From an uncultured Thermoleophilaceae bacterium (GTDB taxonomy: Bacteria; Actinomycetota; Thermoleophilia; Solirubrobacterales; Thermoleophilaceae), in assembly GCA_963788595.1 (NCBI GenBank), contig CAWBHC010000005.1, forward strand, positions 138,933 through 202,932: a stretch of DNA of 64,000 nucleotides, given 5' to 3'. A program made the translations under genes and the position numbers. The notes under the pieces are model-generated. The model did no database searches and was not told the origin of the DNA. It saw only the letters and a program-made list of their open reading frames with translations. Positions 32,159-42,312 of this stretch are shown here, one piece after another; the stretch's first letter is position 1; the number at the start of each line of letters is the position of its first letter.

Positions 32159-33107
32159 TGGAGCCGGATCCGCGGGTCGAGGAAGGCGTAGACGATGTCC
32201 ACGATCGCGTTCAGGAAGACGACGAAGAACGCGCCGAACATGCGTCACCGCGAGGATCGGCGGCACGTCGAGCTGGCCGATCGCGTCGGCCGCGTACTGG
32301 CCGACGCCCTGGAGGTCGAAGACCGTCTCGGTGAGGATCGCGCCGCCGCCGATCACGACCGCGAAGTCGAGCCCCCACAGCGTGACGATCGGGATCATCG
32401 AGTTGCGCAGCACGTGCCGGATCAGGATCTGGCGCTCGGAGAGCCCCTTGGCCCGCGCGGTGCGCACGTAGTCCTCGTTCATCGTGTCGAGCACGTTCGA
32501 GCGCAGCACCCGCGAGTAGAACGCCGATGAACAGGATCGCGAGCGCGGTCCAGGGCAGGATCAGGTGGTAGAACCAGTCGAACGGGTTCTCGGTGAACTC
32601 GACGTAGCCGCCGTTGGGGAACCAGCCGAGCTTGAAGCCCAGGTAGTGGTTCATCAGCGCCCCGATCCAGAAGACCGGCATCGAGATGCCGATCAGCGCG
32701 AGGACCGTCAGGAAGCGGTCGGCGAATCTTGCCCGCCCTGATCGCGCTGTAGAGCCCGAGGCAGACGCCGACGAACATCCAGATGATCGCCGCTCCGATC
32801 GCGAGCGAGAGGGTGCGCGGCAGCCCCTTGATGATCTCCTCGCCGACCGGCAGCTGCGTGAAGTAGCGACTCCATGTCGCCGGTGAAGAGCTTCTTCATC
32901 GTCGTGACGTACTGCTGCGGCAGGCGGCTCGTCGAAGCCCCACTCCTCGCGGATCGCCTCGATCGTCGACTCGGTCGCCTGCTTGCCCGCCATCCGCACC
33001 GCCGGGTCGCCGTTCGGGATCACGTTGAAGATCAGGAAGGTGAGCACCGAGACCGCGAACAGCACGAACACCATCGAGACCAGGCGGCGGACGACGAACC
33101 GGGCCAT
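32155..33107 (-). pseudogene. ABC peptide permease, DppB/OppB type, disrupted as sequenced by several frame breaks
   Basis: MARFVVRRLVSMVFVLFAVSVLTFLIFNVIPNGDP...; ...DYVRTARAKGLSERQILIRHVLRNSMIPIVT...; the C-terminus ends ...DPRIRLQ. Confidence 0.8.
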
Positions 33108-33114
33108 CGGCCCC

Positions 33115-34170
33115 TCAGCGCTCCAGCTTGATCTTGGCGCGCGGGTCGAGCGCGTCGCGCACGCCGTCGCCGAAGACGTTCAGCGAGAGCACGGTCAGCA
33201 CCAGCATCAGCGCCGGGCACGATCGCCAGATGCGGCGCGGTGACGATCCGGTCGACGCCGTCGTCGATCATCGTGCCCCAGGACGGGTTGGGCGGCCGCA
33301 CGCCGGCGCCGAGGAACGAGAGCGCGGCCTCGAGCAGGACCGCGTTCGCGATCAGCAGCGGGAAGAAGACGAGCATCGTGGAGGCGAGGTTCGGCATGAT
33401 CTCGCTGAACATGATCCGCGATCGGCCCTGCCCCTGGGCGCGCGCGGCCTCGACGAACTCCTTCTCGCGCAGCGACAGCACCTCGCCCGCGGATCGGCCG
33501 CGCCAGGTACGGGATGTAGACCACGCCGATGATCAGGATCGGGATCAGGAGCGAGTCGCCCGAGATCGTTATCGGCCCGAGCTTGCAGGCCGCCCAGCGC
33601 GAGCGCCACGCCCAGCGCGACGCCGAGGATGATCACCGGGAACGACCAGATGATGTCGAGAATGCGCGCTGATCACGCCGTCGGACCAGCCCCGGAAGTA
33701 GCCGGCGATCACCCCGAGGAGGATCGACGAGGATCGTCGTCAGGAGCGCCGCGGCGATCCCGATCATCAGCGAGTTGCGACCGCCGTAGAGCAGCCGGAC
33801 CATGATGTCGCGGCCGTTGGGGTCGGCGCCGAGGAAGAACTTGCCGTCGGCCTTGAGCCACTGCGGCCCGATCGGGACGCCGTCGAGCTCGACGACGTTC
33901 TTCGTCTCGCCGTCGACCGTGATCGTGTCCGACAGGTGGTTCTCGTTCGGGCCGGTCTTGGCGACGTGGTCGGCCCACAGCGGGGCGGCCAGGCAGGCGA
34001 GCACCAGCAGGATGAAGAGCACCCCGAACGCGAGCGCCACCTTGTTGCGGCGCAGCCGCCGAGCCCGAGCCGCCACGGGCCCACGCCGTGGACGTGCTCG
34101 CGCTCCGCCTCCTGCTCCCAAGCGGCCGGGACCCTGAAGTGTCTGTCTCGAGTGCTGGCTCGGTGGCCAT
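33115..34170 (-). pseudogene. ABC peptide permease, DppC/OppC type, disrupted as sequenced by several frame breaks
   Basis: RRLRRNKVALAFGVLFILLV...FLGADPNGRDIMVRLLYGGRNSL...; EFVEAARAQGQGRSRIMFSEIMPNL...; ends ...DPRAKIKLER. ATG at 34170 follows a GAGGGA RBS. Confidence 0.75.
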
Positions 34171-34269
34171 CAGTGCCCGAAGGCTCCCTCTCCCTCGGAG
34201 GACACACTACCCCAGCGGGGAGGGTGCCCAAGCACCCTCCCCCTGGTCATGGCAGTTACGAGCCTGTGC

Positions 34270-35972
34270 CTACTTCAGGCACCAGCTCGAGTAGTCGTTG
34301 AAGTACACCGGGTGGAAGCGCGAGCAGTTCTCGAAGTCCATCCGCTCTGAGAGGAACGTCGCGAGCTTGCGGTGGCCGTAGGGCGCGACGTCGGCCGCGC
34401 TCTCGACCAGCGTCCGGTTGAGCTCGCCCCAGTCGCTCGGCCACCTCGTCGGTGATCTCGGGCTCCAGGTTCAGCTCGGCGATGCCCTTCGTGATCTCCG
34501 GGTCGTCGACGTTCCCGAAGTTCTGGTTGTTCGTCGGCTGGATCGACTCCCCGTCCACCAGGAAGAAGAAGTTCTTCGGGTGCGGGAAGTCCTGGAACCA
34601 GTTCGCGAACCCGGTCTGGGCCTTCGTCTTGGCGCTTCCGATCGTCTGGAAGTAGACGCCGCCGTCGAGGATCTTCGGCGTCGCGTTGAAGCCCATCTTG
34701 TTGAGCTGGTCGGCGTACGCCTCGGTGACCTTGTCGGTCGGGTCGTCGTTGTTGCCGTAGACCGTGACCTCCGTGCCCGTCGACGCCGGCGTCCTTGATC
34801 ATCTGCCGCGCCTTCTCGATGTCCGGCGGCTCGTTCGGGTCGCCCCACGGGCAGTCCTCGATGTCGAGCGCCTCGTCGTAGCCCGGCAGGCCGGGCGGCA
34901 GGAACGAGCAGCCCGGCGCGAGCTCGCCCGCGAAGATGCGCGCCAGCGCCGGCTTGTCGAGGCCGAAGTTGACCGCCTCACGGACCTTCGGGTCGTCGAA
35001 CGGCGGCAGCCTGCGTGTTCATGAAGATGTAGTACGTGGACGCCGTCGTGCTCCTCGCGGTAGCGGTCCGAGTACTCCGCCTTCGACCTCCGGCTTGATG
35101 TCGGCCGGCGGCGGGTCCTGCATGTAGTCGAGCTCGCTCGAGATCACGTCCTGGGCCTGGCGCTGGGCGTTCTTGATGATCTTGGTCGTGATCTTGTCGA
35201 TCTTGCCCGGCCGGGATGTCCGGGCCGAGGTCCGCGAAGTTCGCGTTCTTCTCGAGCACGAACTGACGGTTCGGCACCGACTCGGTGATCTTGTACGGAC
35301 CGACGCCCGGGGGCGGGTCCTCGGTCAGGTTCTTGCACGGCGTGTCGCCCGGCACGAGCCCGGCGAACCACATCGCCGAGCACGTTCGAGAACGAGCCGT
35401 CCGGCTCGGCCAGGTTGATCGTGATCTCGCCGGTCTTGTCGTCGGTCTCGATGCCCGTTGATGTCGCCCTCGCACTCGCCGGCGTCGAGGTACTCCTGCG
35501 CGCCGTCGATGCCGAGGTAGAACGCCGAGCCGCCCGACTCGAGGTTGAGCACGCGCTTGATCGTGTGCTCGAAGTCCGAGGCCTTGACGGGCGAGCCGTC
35601 CGAGTACTTGAGGCCCTCGCGCAGCGTCAGCTCGTAGGTCTTGCCGTCCTCGGAGATCTCGGCAGGTCCTCGGCGAGGCCCGGGATCAGCTCGCGAGTCC
35701 TTCTCGGCGTCGCCCGTGCGCGGATAGGTCAGGAGCGGCGTGTAGACGAGCCAGAGCGGCTCGATGCCGTTGACCGTGTAGGTCAGCGCCGGGTCCAGGT
35801 AGTCCGGCTGCGACGTCTGCGAGATCGTGATCGAGCCGCCGCTCTTGGCGTCACCGCCGCCGCCACCGCCGCTGTCTCCGCTGTCGTCGTCGTCGCCACC
35901 GCAGGCGGCGATCACGAACAGCGAGAGGGCGGCGAGCAGCAGCACCAGCGCACGTCTACCGTGCTTCCCCAT
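34270..35972 (-). pseudogene. Family-5 extracellular solute-binding lipoprotein (OppA/DppA type), disrupted as sequenced by at least 6 frame breaks
   Basis: Lipobox LSLFVIAACGGDD. SBP_bac_5 pieces are present: ITISQTSQPDYLDPALTY..., GVGPYKITESVPNRQFVLEKN, STYYIFMN, GFNATPKILDGGVYFQ. GGAGGGA RBS upstream. Confidence 0.8.
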
Positions 35973-36083
35973 TCAGTCTTCCCTCCAAAGTCGCATGGGC
36001 GAGCCGTGTGCCCGCCGGGCGGCAATGTACCCATCGTGGCGGGCCGTTCAGACGAGGCTGAACGAAACCAAAATGTGCCCTTA

Positions 36084-36887
36084 ACGGCCGTCGGTCAGCC
36101 GGTCGCACCGGGGGCAGCGCAGAAGTTCCTCTCGCATCACCTGCGAGCGACTTGCGGATCAGGCGCGAGACGTGCATCTGGCGAGAGCCCGACGCGCTGG
36201 GCGATCTGCGTCTGCGGGCAGGCCCTCCTCGAAGCGCATGCGCAGGATCTCGCGCTCGCGCGGGGGCAGCCGGTCGAGCGCGGGCTCGAGCGCGGCGCGC
36301 TGCTCCGAGCGCTCGAAGCCCTCGTCCTCGTCGCCGATCGTCTCGAGCGGGTCGAGGTCCTCCTCGCCGCCCGGGCCGGTGGAGAGCGACACCGTCGAGT
36401 AGGCGGAGCCGACCTCCATCGCCTCGAGCACCTCCTCCGGCGTGGTCTTCAGCTCCTCGGCGATCTCGGCGATGCTCGGCGAGCGGCCGAGCCGGCCGGT
36501 GAGGCGCTCGATCGCGCCCGACATCGACGCGTTCAGCTCCTGCAGCGCGCGCGGAACGCGGATCGCCCAGCCCTTGTCGCGGAAGTGGCGCTTGATCTCG
36601 CCGACGACGTTCGGCGTCGCGTAGGTGGCGAGCGAGACCTCGCGCGAGAGCTCGAAGCGGTCGATCGCCTTGATCAGGCCGATCGCGCCGACCTGCTCGA
36701 TGTCCTCGAGCGACTCGCCGCGGCCGGCGTAGCGGCGGGCGAGCGAGCGCACCAGCGGCAGGTGGCGCTGGATGAGGTCCTCGCGCGCGGTCATGTCGCC
36801 GCGGTCGTGGTAGCGGCGCAGCAGCTCGCGGTCCTCCTCGCGGGCCCGCTCCCCGGACACGTCCTGGCGGCGCTGGGGCACGTTCAT
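36084..36887 (-). CDS. SigB/SigF-type (group 3) sigma-70 factor with about 3 frame breaks in region 4 (36130-36215)
   Basis: DLIQRHLPLVRSLARRYAGRGESLEDIEQVGAIGLIKAIDRFE...TYATPNVVGEIKRHFRDKGWAIRVPR...LPPREREILRMRFEEGL, then QTQIAQRVGLSQMHVSRLIRKSL in other frames. Confidence 0.8.
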
Positions 36888-37280
36888 GCGACGCCCTTGC
36901 GCTTGACGAGGCGGACGACGATGCGGCCGTCCTCGGCGAGCTCGACGCCGAACGAGTCGACCACGGTCTGCAGGATGCGCCGCAGCGTGAGCACGCCCGG
37001 GCGGAACGGGCCGTCCTTGAGCGCCTCGGCGATCGCGCTCGTGCTGAGCGGGCCCGACGCGCGTGCGGATGCCGTCCTCGACGATCTCGAACGAGAGGCG
37101 GACGCTGCCGACCTCGCCCGCCTCGGCGAGCAGGCGCTCGACGGCGAGCTGAAGATCGTCGATCTCCTCGAAGGCGAAGTCGACGCGCTCGGCGATGCCT
37201 CCGATGATCAGGCGCACCACCGCCTGGAAGTCGCCCGAGAGCGGCGCGTCGAGCTCGATTCGCGCGGCTTGGTCGATCAA
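36884..37280 (-). CDS. Short RsbW-like anti-sigma-factor-like protein (no obvious ATPase boxes). Frame break near 37050.
   Basis: TTG start, MIDQAARIELDAPLSGDFQAVVRLIIGGIAERVDFAFEEIDDLQLAVERLLAEAG. It sits directly upstream of the sigma gene with an ATGA overlap. Confidence 0.45.
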
Positions 37281-38344
37281 TGCGGTTCCCCGATCGTCCC
37301 GTACCCCACGACGGCCTCTTCACGCATGAGGCAGGCGAGCTGGCCGGGCGCGATCGCGTGCGCGGGCTCGGCGAGCTCGATCGTGAGCCGGCCGTCGGCC
37401 GGCCTCCGCGACGACGGCAGGGCAGCGCGCGGGAGTGGTAGCGCAGCCGCACCGTCTCGACCTCGGCCGGGTCGCGGTGGAGGCGAGCGTCGTCGAGTGC
37501 CACGCGGGTGGTGGCGAGCGCCTCCTTGGGGCCGACGACCACGCGGTTCTCGCGGCGTCCCGCTCGAGCACGTAGAGCGGCTCGTGGCGCGCCGACGCCG
37601 AGGCCGCGGCGCTGGCCGACGGTGAAGTTGTGCTGGCCGTCGTGACGGCCGAGCACCGTCGCCGTCGCGGTCGACGATCTCGCCCGGCGCGGCGAAGGCG
37701 CGGCCCGCCGTGGCGCTCGAGGAAGGCGCGCCCGCCGAGGCCGGCGACGAAGCACAGGTCCTGGCTCTCGCGCTTGTCGGCGACGGGCAGGCCGGCGTCG
37801 CGCGCGAGCGCGCGCACCGCGTCCTTCGTGAGCCCGCCGAGCGGGAAGGAGAGCCGGTCGAGCAGCGGCCGGGTCGAGCTTCGCGAGCATGTAGCTCTGG
37901 TCCTTGCTTCGGGTCCGCGGCGGCCCGGACGAGCGGGCCCTCTGACGTCGCGGGCGATGCGCGCGTAGTGGCCGGTCGCGAGGCGGGCGGCGCCGAGCGT
38001 GTCCGCCAGCGCCGAGCATCGCGTCGAAGCGCACCTCGCCGTTGCAACGGACGCACGGGTTGGGCGTACGCCCGGCCGCGTACCCGTCGATGAAGCTCGT
38101 CGACCACCTCGGCACGGAAGCGCTCGCGCACGTCGAGCGTCACGTGCGGGAGCCCCATGCCGTGGGCGAGCCGGCGCGCGCCCTGGACGGCCTGCGGCGA
38201 GCAGCAGCTCTGCTCGCCGTCGGTGGCCGGATCGGACCACAGCTCGAGCGTCACCGCCACGACGTCGTCGCCCGCGTCGAGCGCGAGCTGAGCGGCGGCC
38301 GCGCTGTCGACCCCGCCGCTCATCGCGACGAGCGTGCGGCGCGG
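37277..38344 (-). pseudogene. mnmA: tRNA 2-thiouridine(34) synthase MnmA, disrupted as sequenced by many frame breaks
   Basis: RTLVAMSGGVDSAAAA (PP-loop); GRTPNPCVRCN; ATGHYARI; KDQSYML-type piece; [33 protein letters not shown]; the C-terminus PGQLACLMREEAVVGYGTI. These are spread across three frames. Confidence 0.8.
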
Positions 38345-38723
38345 ATCGCCGCGCGAGCCGCGGAAGACCCGCGCGCGCGACGGCGCCGAGCGCCCGGTGA
38401 AGCGCGTCCGCAGCGAGCTCCGCGACGTGGCGCTTCGGCGCAACGAGCCCCCCGAGCGCGGCATCGACGTCGTCCGCCCGGATGCGCGCCGCATCGAGGA
38501 AGGCCGCGCCCTCGACGAGCTCGACGACCGCGCTGCCGGCGGCGGTGAGCGCGCCACAGCCCTCGGCGTCGAAGCCCGCCTCGGCGATGCGCCCGCCCTC
38601 GACGCGCACGCTCACGCGGATGAGGTCGCCACAGGGGGCGCCACCGGCCGCGCCCGCGTGGGGCGCGTCGGCGAGAACGCCCAGGCCAGAGGGCGCGTCG
38701 AGATGCTCGGCAAAGGAGCGCAA
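38345..38723 (-). CDS. IscU/NifU-N-like Fe-S scaffold domain. It reads into mnmA without an in-frame stop as sequenced.
   Basis: FAEHLDAPSGLGVLADAPHAGAAGGAPCGDLIRVSVRVEGGRIAEAGFDAEGCGALTAAGSAVVELVEG...PKRHVAELAADALHRAL. TTG start candidates at 38723 and 38735. Confidence 0.6.
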
Positions 38724-38784
38724 ACCTGGAGGCAACGCTAGCGCCCCGCTCCCGCCGCGGCGTAGCCGCGCCTCCACCAACGCC

Positions 38785-38907
38785 CAGGCTGGGGCCAGCC
38801 ACCGAAAACCAAGCAGCGCAAGGAAGAGGCGCCGGGATAGTGCTCCGCACATCCCGGCGCCGATGACGCCGCGATGCGCAGGTTTGCAGGTGGCTGGCCC
38901 CAGCCTG
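38785..38907. repeat. Nested inverted repeats: perfect 19-bp outer stem enclosing a perfect 10-bp hairpin
   Basis: caggctggggccagccacc (38785-38803) pairs with ggtggctggccccagcctg (38889-38907). Inside, ggcgccggga (38828-38837) pairs with tcccggcgcc (38852-38861). Confidence 0.6.
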
Positions 38908-39093
38908 CCGCTGCCGAGCCGGGAGTTGGGCCTGCTGTTCGGAGCAAGCGTTGGGTGTCCTCCGTGAGGGACCACGGCCCTCTCACGAGTGGGACTCCCG
39001 TCCCGGTGGTGTTCGGCTCAACTTGTGCGGCCGGCTCGCGTACAGGCTCGGGCCGTTGCCGAGGCTACCACCGTCGAGGCCGCGGCGCCAGGC

Positions 39094-39123
39094 TTGACAG
39101 CGGCGTCGTGCGCTGGCTAGGGT
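39094..39123 (+). promoter_or_regulatory. Sigma-70-like promoter TTGACA-18-TAGGGT
   Basis: TTGACA at 39094-39099 and TAGGGT at 39118-39123, 28 nt upstream of the ATG at 39151. Confidence 0.5.
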
Positions 39124-39132
39124 CGAGAGTCG

Positions 39133-39144
39133 GAAAACGTTTAC
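39133..39144. promoter_or_regulatory. LacI-type operator-like site GAAAACGTTTAC
   Basis: Contains the 8-bp palindrome AAACGTTT, between the -10 element and the start codon. The same core recurs at 44111-44122. Confidence 0.5.
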
Positions 39145-39150
39145 CGCCCG

Positions 39151-40350
39151 ATGAGCACGGACGCTTCGACAACCGCTGCCGCCGCCCGGCAGGACGGGAT
39201 GCGCGTGGTCGGGATCGCCATGAACGGCGTGACCGGCCGCATGGGGACGAACCAGCACCTGGTCCGTTCGATCCTCGCGATCCGCGAGCAGGGCGGCGTG
39301 GCGGTGCCCGGCGGCCCGCCGATCTGGCCGGAGCCCGTGCTCGTCGGCCGCAGCGAGGCGAAGCTGCGCGCGCTCGCCGAGGCGCACGGCATCGAGCGCT
39401 TCACGACGAGCCTCGACGAGGCGCTCGGCGACCCGTCCTGCGAGATCTACTTCGACGCCGCCGCGACGGCCGCGCGCGCCGACGGCATGGAGCGCGCGAT
39501 CGAGGCGGGCAAGCACGTGTACTGCGAGAAGCCGTCCGCGCCCGACGCTCGACTCCGCGCTCCGCCTCGCACGGCTGGCGCGCGACGCGGGCGTCAGGCA
39601 CGGCGTCGTCCAGGACAAGCTCTTCCTCCCCGGGCTGCGCAAGCTCGCGGGCGCTGATCGACGACGGCTTCTTCGGGCGCATCCTGTCGGTGCGGGGGGA
39701 GTTCGGCTACTGGGTGTTCGAGGGGCCGGAGCCGCCCGGCCAGCGGCCCTCGTGGAACTACCGCGCCGAGGACGGCGGCGGCATCCTGGCGGACATGCTG
39801 CCGCACTGGCAGTACGTGCTCGACGACCTGTTCGGGCCGGTGCGCGGCGTCTACACGCTGGCGGCCACCCACATCGGGGAGCGAACGAACGAGCAGGGCG
39901 AGCGCTACGAGGCGACGGCCGAGGACGCCGCGTACACGACGTTCGAGCTCGAGGGCGGCATCGTCGCCCAGATCAACGCGTCGTGGTGCGTGCGGGTCGA
40001 CCGCGACGAGCTGTTCGAGCTGCAGGTCGACGGCACGGACGGCAGCGCGGTGGCGGGCCTGCGCGAGTGCAGGATCCAGACCCGCGGCTGCCACCCCGGT
40101 GGCGATCTGGAACCCCGACGTGCCGAATCCGATCGACTTCCGAGCGGGCTGGAGCGAGGCCCCCGGACCGAGGCTCATTACGACAACGGCTTCAAGGTCC
40201 AGTGGGAGCTCTTCCTGCGCCACGTGGTGGCGGGCGACCCGTTCCCCTGGGACCTGTTCGAGGGCGCGCGCGGGATCCAGCTCGCCGAGCTCGCCGAGCG
40301 CTCCTGGCGCGAGCGGCGGATGCTCGAGGTCCCGGAGCTGCCCGGCGTGA
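39151..40350 (+). CDS. Gfo/Idh/MocA family oxidoreductase with about 4 frame breaks (near 39545, 39650, 40085, 40165)
   Basis: MRVVGIAMNGVTGRMGTNQHL...KHVYCEKPSA...; GFFGRILSVRGEFGYWVFEG...ILADMLPHWQYVLDDLFG...; HYDNGFKVQWELFLRHV. Confidence 0.75.
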
Positions 40351-41510
40351 GCGTGTCGTCGGCCGCCGCGCTCCTCCTGCCCCGCGCCGACGGCTCGCTC
40401 GAGCAGTTCGTGCCCGGCGCGCCCGCGCAGTTCGAGCGCCCGCGCGACCCGCTCCGCTCACGCGCCTTCCTCGCCGCTGCGCACGTGGTGGCGGACCCGC
40501 TCGCGGGCGGCGACTCCGCCGCTGCGGCGATCGACTGGGACGCGACGCTCGGCTATCGCCGCCACCTGTGGTCGTGGGGGCTCGGGGTCGCCGAGGCGAT
40601 GGACACGGCGCAGCGCGGGATGGGGCTCGGCTGGCCCGAGGCGCGCGAGCTGATCAAGCGATCAGCTGCCGCGGCGCGTGAGTCGGGCGGGCGGCTGGCG
40701 GCAGGCGCCGGGACCGACCAGCTGCCCGCAGGCGGGCCCGCCTCGCTCGGGAGCATCCGCGACGCCTACCTCGAGCAGTGCGCCTTCGTCGAGGAGCAGG
40801 GCTGCCAGCCGATCGTGATGGCGAGCCGCGCGCTCGCGGCGGCGGCCGAGGGGCCGGCCGACTACCGCAGCGTCTACGACGCCGTGCTGGGACGGGCCGG
40901 GCGGCCGGTGATCCTGCACTGGCTCGGCGAGATGTTCGACCCGGCGCTCGCGGGCTACTGGGGCGCGGCCGACCCCTACGAGGCGCTCGACGTCGTCACC
41001 GGGCTGATCGCGGAGAACGCGGGCAGCGTCGACGGCATCAAGCTCTCGCTGCTCGACGACGCGCTCGAGCTGCGGCTGCGCGACGCGCTGCCGGACGGCG
41101 TGCGGCTCTACACGGGCGACGACTTCAACTATCCCGCGCTGATCGCCGCGGGCAGCGACGCCCTGCTCGGCGTGTTCGACGCGATCGCACCGGCCGCCTC
41201 GGCCGCGCTGCAGGCGCTCGACGCCGGGGACGAGGCCCGCTTCGCCGAGCTCCTCGCCCCCACCGTGCCGCTCGCGCGCAGGCTGTTCGCCTCCCCCACC
41301 TATCACTACAAGACCGGCCTCGTCTTCCTCGCCTGGCTGAACGGGCACCAGCGCCACTTCCGCATGATCGGCGGGCAGGAGGGCGCGCGCACGCTCGTCC
41401 ACCTCGCCGAGCTCCTCAGGCTGGCCGACGGGGCCGGCCTGCTCGCCGACCCCGCGCTCGCCTGCGAGCGGATGCGGCGCCTGCTGACGGTCGCCGGGGT
41501 CGACCAGTGA
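40347..41510 (+). CDS. DUF993 family protein (TIM-barrel-like, function unknown)
   Basis: Intact frame: ...RAFLAAAHVVADPLA...IDWDATLGYRRHLWSWGLGVAEAMDTAQRGMGLGWPEARELI... The GTG start lies in a GTGA context. Confidence 0.7.
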   Translation: MSVSSAAALLLPRADGSLEQFVPGAPAQFERPRDPLRSRAFLAAAHVVADPLAGGDSAAAAIDWDATLGYRRHLWSWGLGVAEAMDTAQRGMGLGWPEARELIKRSAAAARESGGRLAAGAGTDQLPAGGPASLGSIRDAYLEQCAFVEEQGCQPIVMASRALAAAAEGPADYRSVYDAVLGRAGRPVILHWLGEMFDPALAGYWGAADPYEALDVVTGLIAENAGSVDGIKLSLLDDALELRLRDALPDGVRLYTGDDFNYPALIAAGSDALLGVFDAIAPAASAALQALDAGDEARFAELLAPTVPLARRLFASPTYHYKTGLVFLAWLNGHQRHFRMIGGQEGARTLVHLAELLRLADGAGLLADPALACERMRRLLTVAGVDQ

Positions 41511-42312
41511 GCGTCGACCCGGCACGGCTCTCCTTCAACCAGATCACCGCCGACCACCTCGACCTCGACGAGGTCATCGAGGCCTGCGCGGAGGCGGGGA
41601 TCGGCTGGCTCGCCCCGTGGCGCCACAAGCTCGTCCCGGACGCGGGCGAGCGGATCCGCGCCGCGGGGCTGCGCGCGTCGAGCCTCTGCCGCGGCGGGTT
41701 CTTCCCCGCACGGGGCGCCGCCGCGCGGCGCGAGCGCGACGACGACAACCGCGCCGCCGTCGAAGAGGCCGCCGCCGTCGGCACCGACCTGCTCGTGCTC
41801 GTGTGCGGCCCGGCGCTCCGGACCGCGATCTCGGCGCGGCGCGCGCCCAGGTCCTCGCGGGGATAGAGAGGCTCGTGCCGTACGCCGCCGAGCATGGCGT
41901 GCGGCTCGGCATCGAGGCGCTTCACCCGATGATGATCGCCGAGCGCTCCGTGGTGGTGACGCTCGCGCAGGCGCTCGACCTCGCCGAGCGCTTCGACGCC
42001 GCCGAGGTCGGCGTCGTCGTGGACGCCTACCACGTCTGGTGGGACCCGGACCTCGAGCGCCAGCTCGAACGGGCGGCCGGGCGGGTGTTCGCCTACCACG
42101 TGTCGGACTGGCTCGTGCCGACGCCCGACCTGCTCGCCGGCAGGGGCATGATGGGCGACGGCGTGATCGACCTGCCGCGCCTCCGCGGGCTCGTCGACGC
42201 CGCCGGCTACGACGGTCCGATCGAGGTCGAGGTGATCAACCCCGCCCTCGCCGAGCTCCCTGCGGCGGAGCTGATGGCGACGGTCAGGCGGAGCTTCAGC
42301 GAGCGCTCGTAG
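41507..42312 (+). CDS. Sugar phosphate isomerase/epimerase (xylose-isomerase-like TIM barrel). Frame break near 41812-41822.
   Basis: VSVDPARLSFNQITADHLDLDEVIEACAEAGIGWLAPWR...; ...LGIEALHPMM...VVVDAYHVWWDP...GDGVIDLPRL...IEVEV. Confidence 0.75.

Noticed and set aside
38908-39093. Riboswitch in the structured intergenic region
   Set aside because: Several hairpins are present, but I could not match conserved cores of TPP, cobalamin, SAM, glycine, ZTP or c-di-AMP classes on either strand. I left it as an unexplained structure rather than calling an ncRNA.
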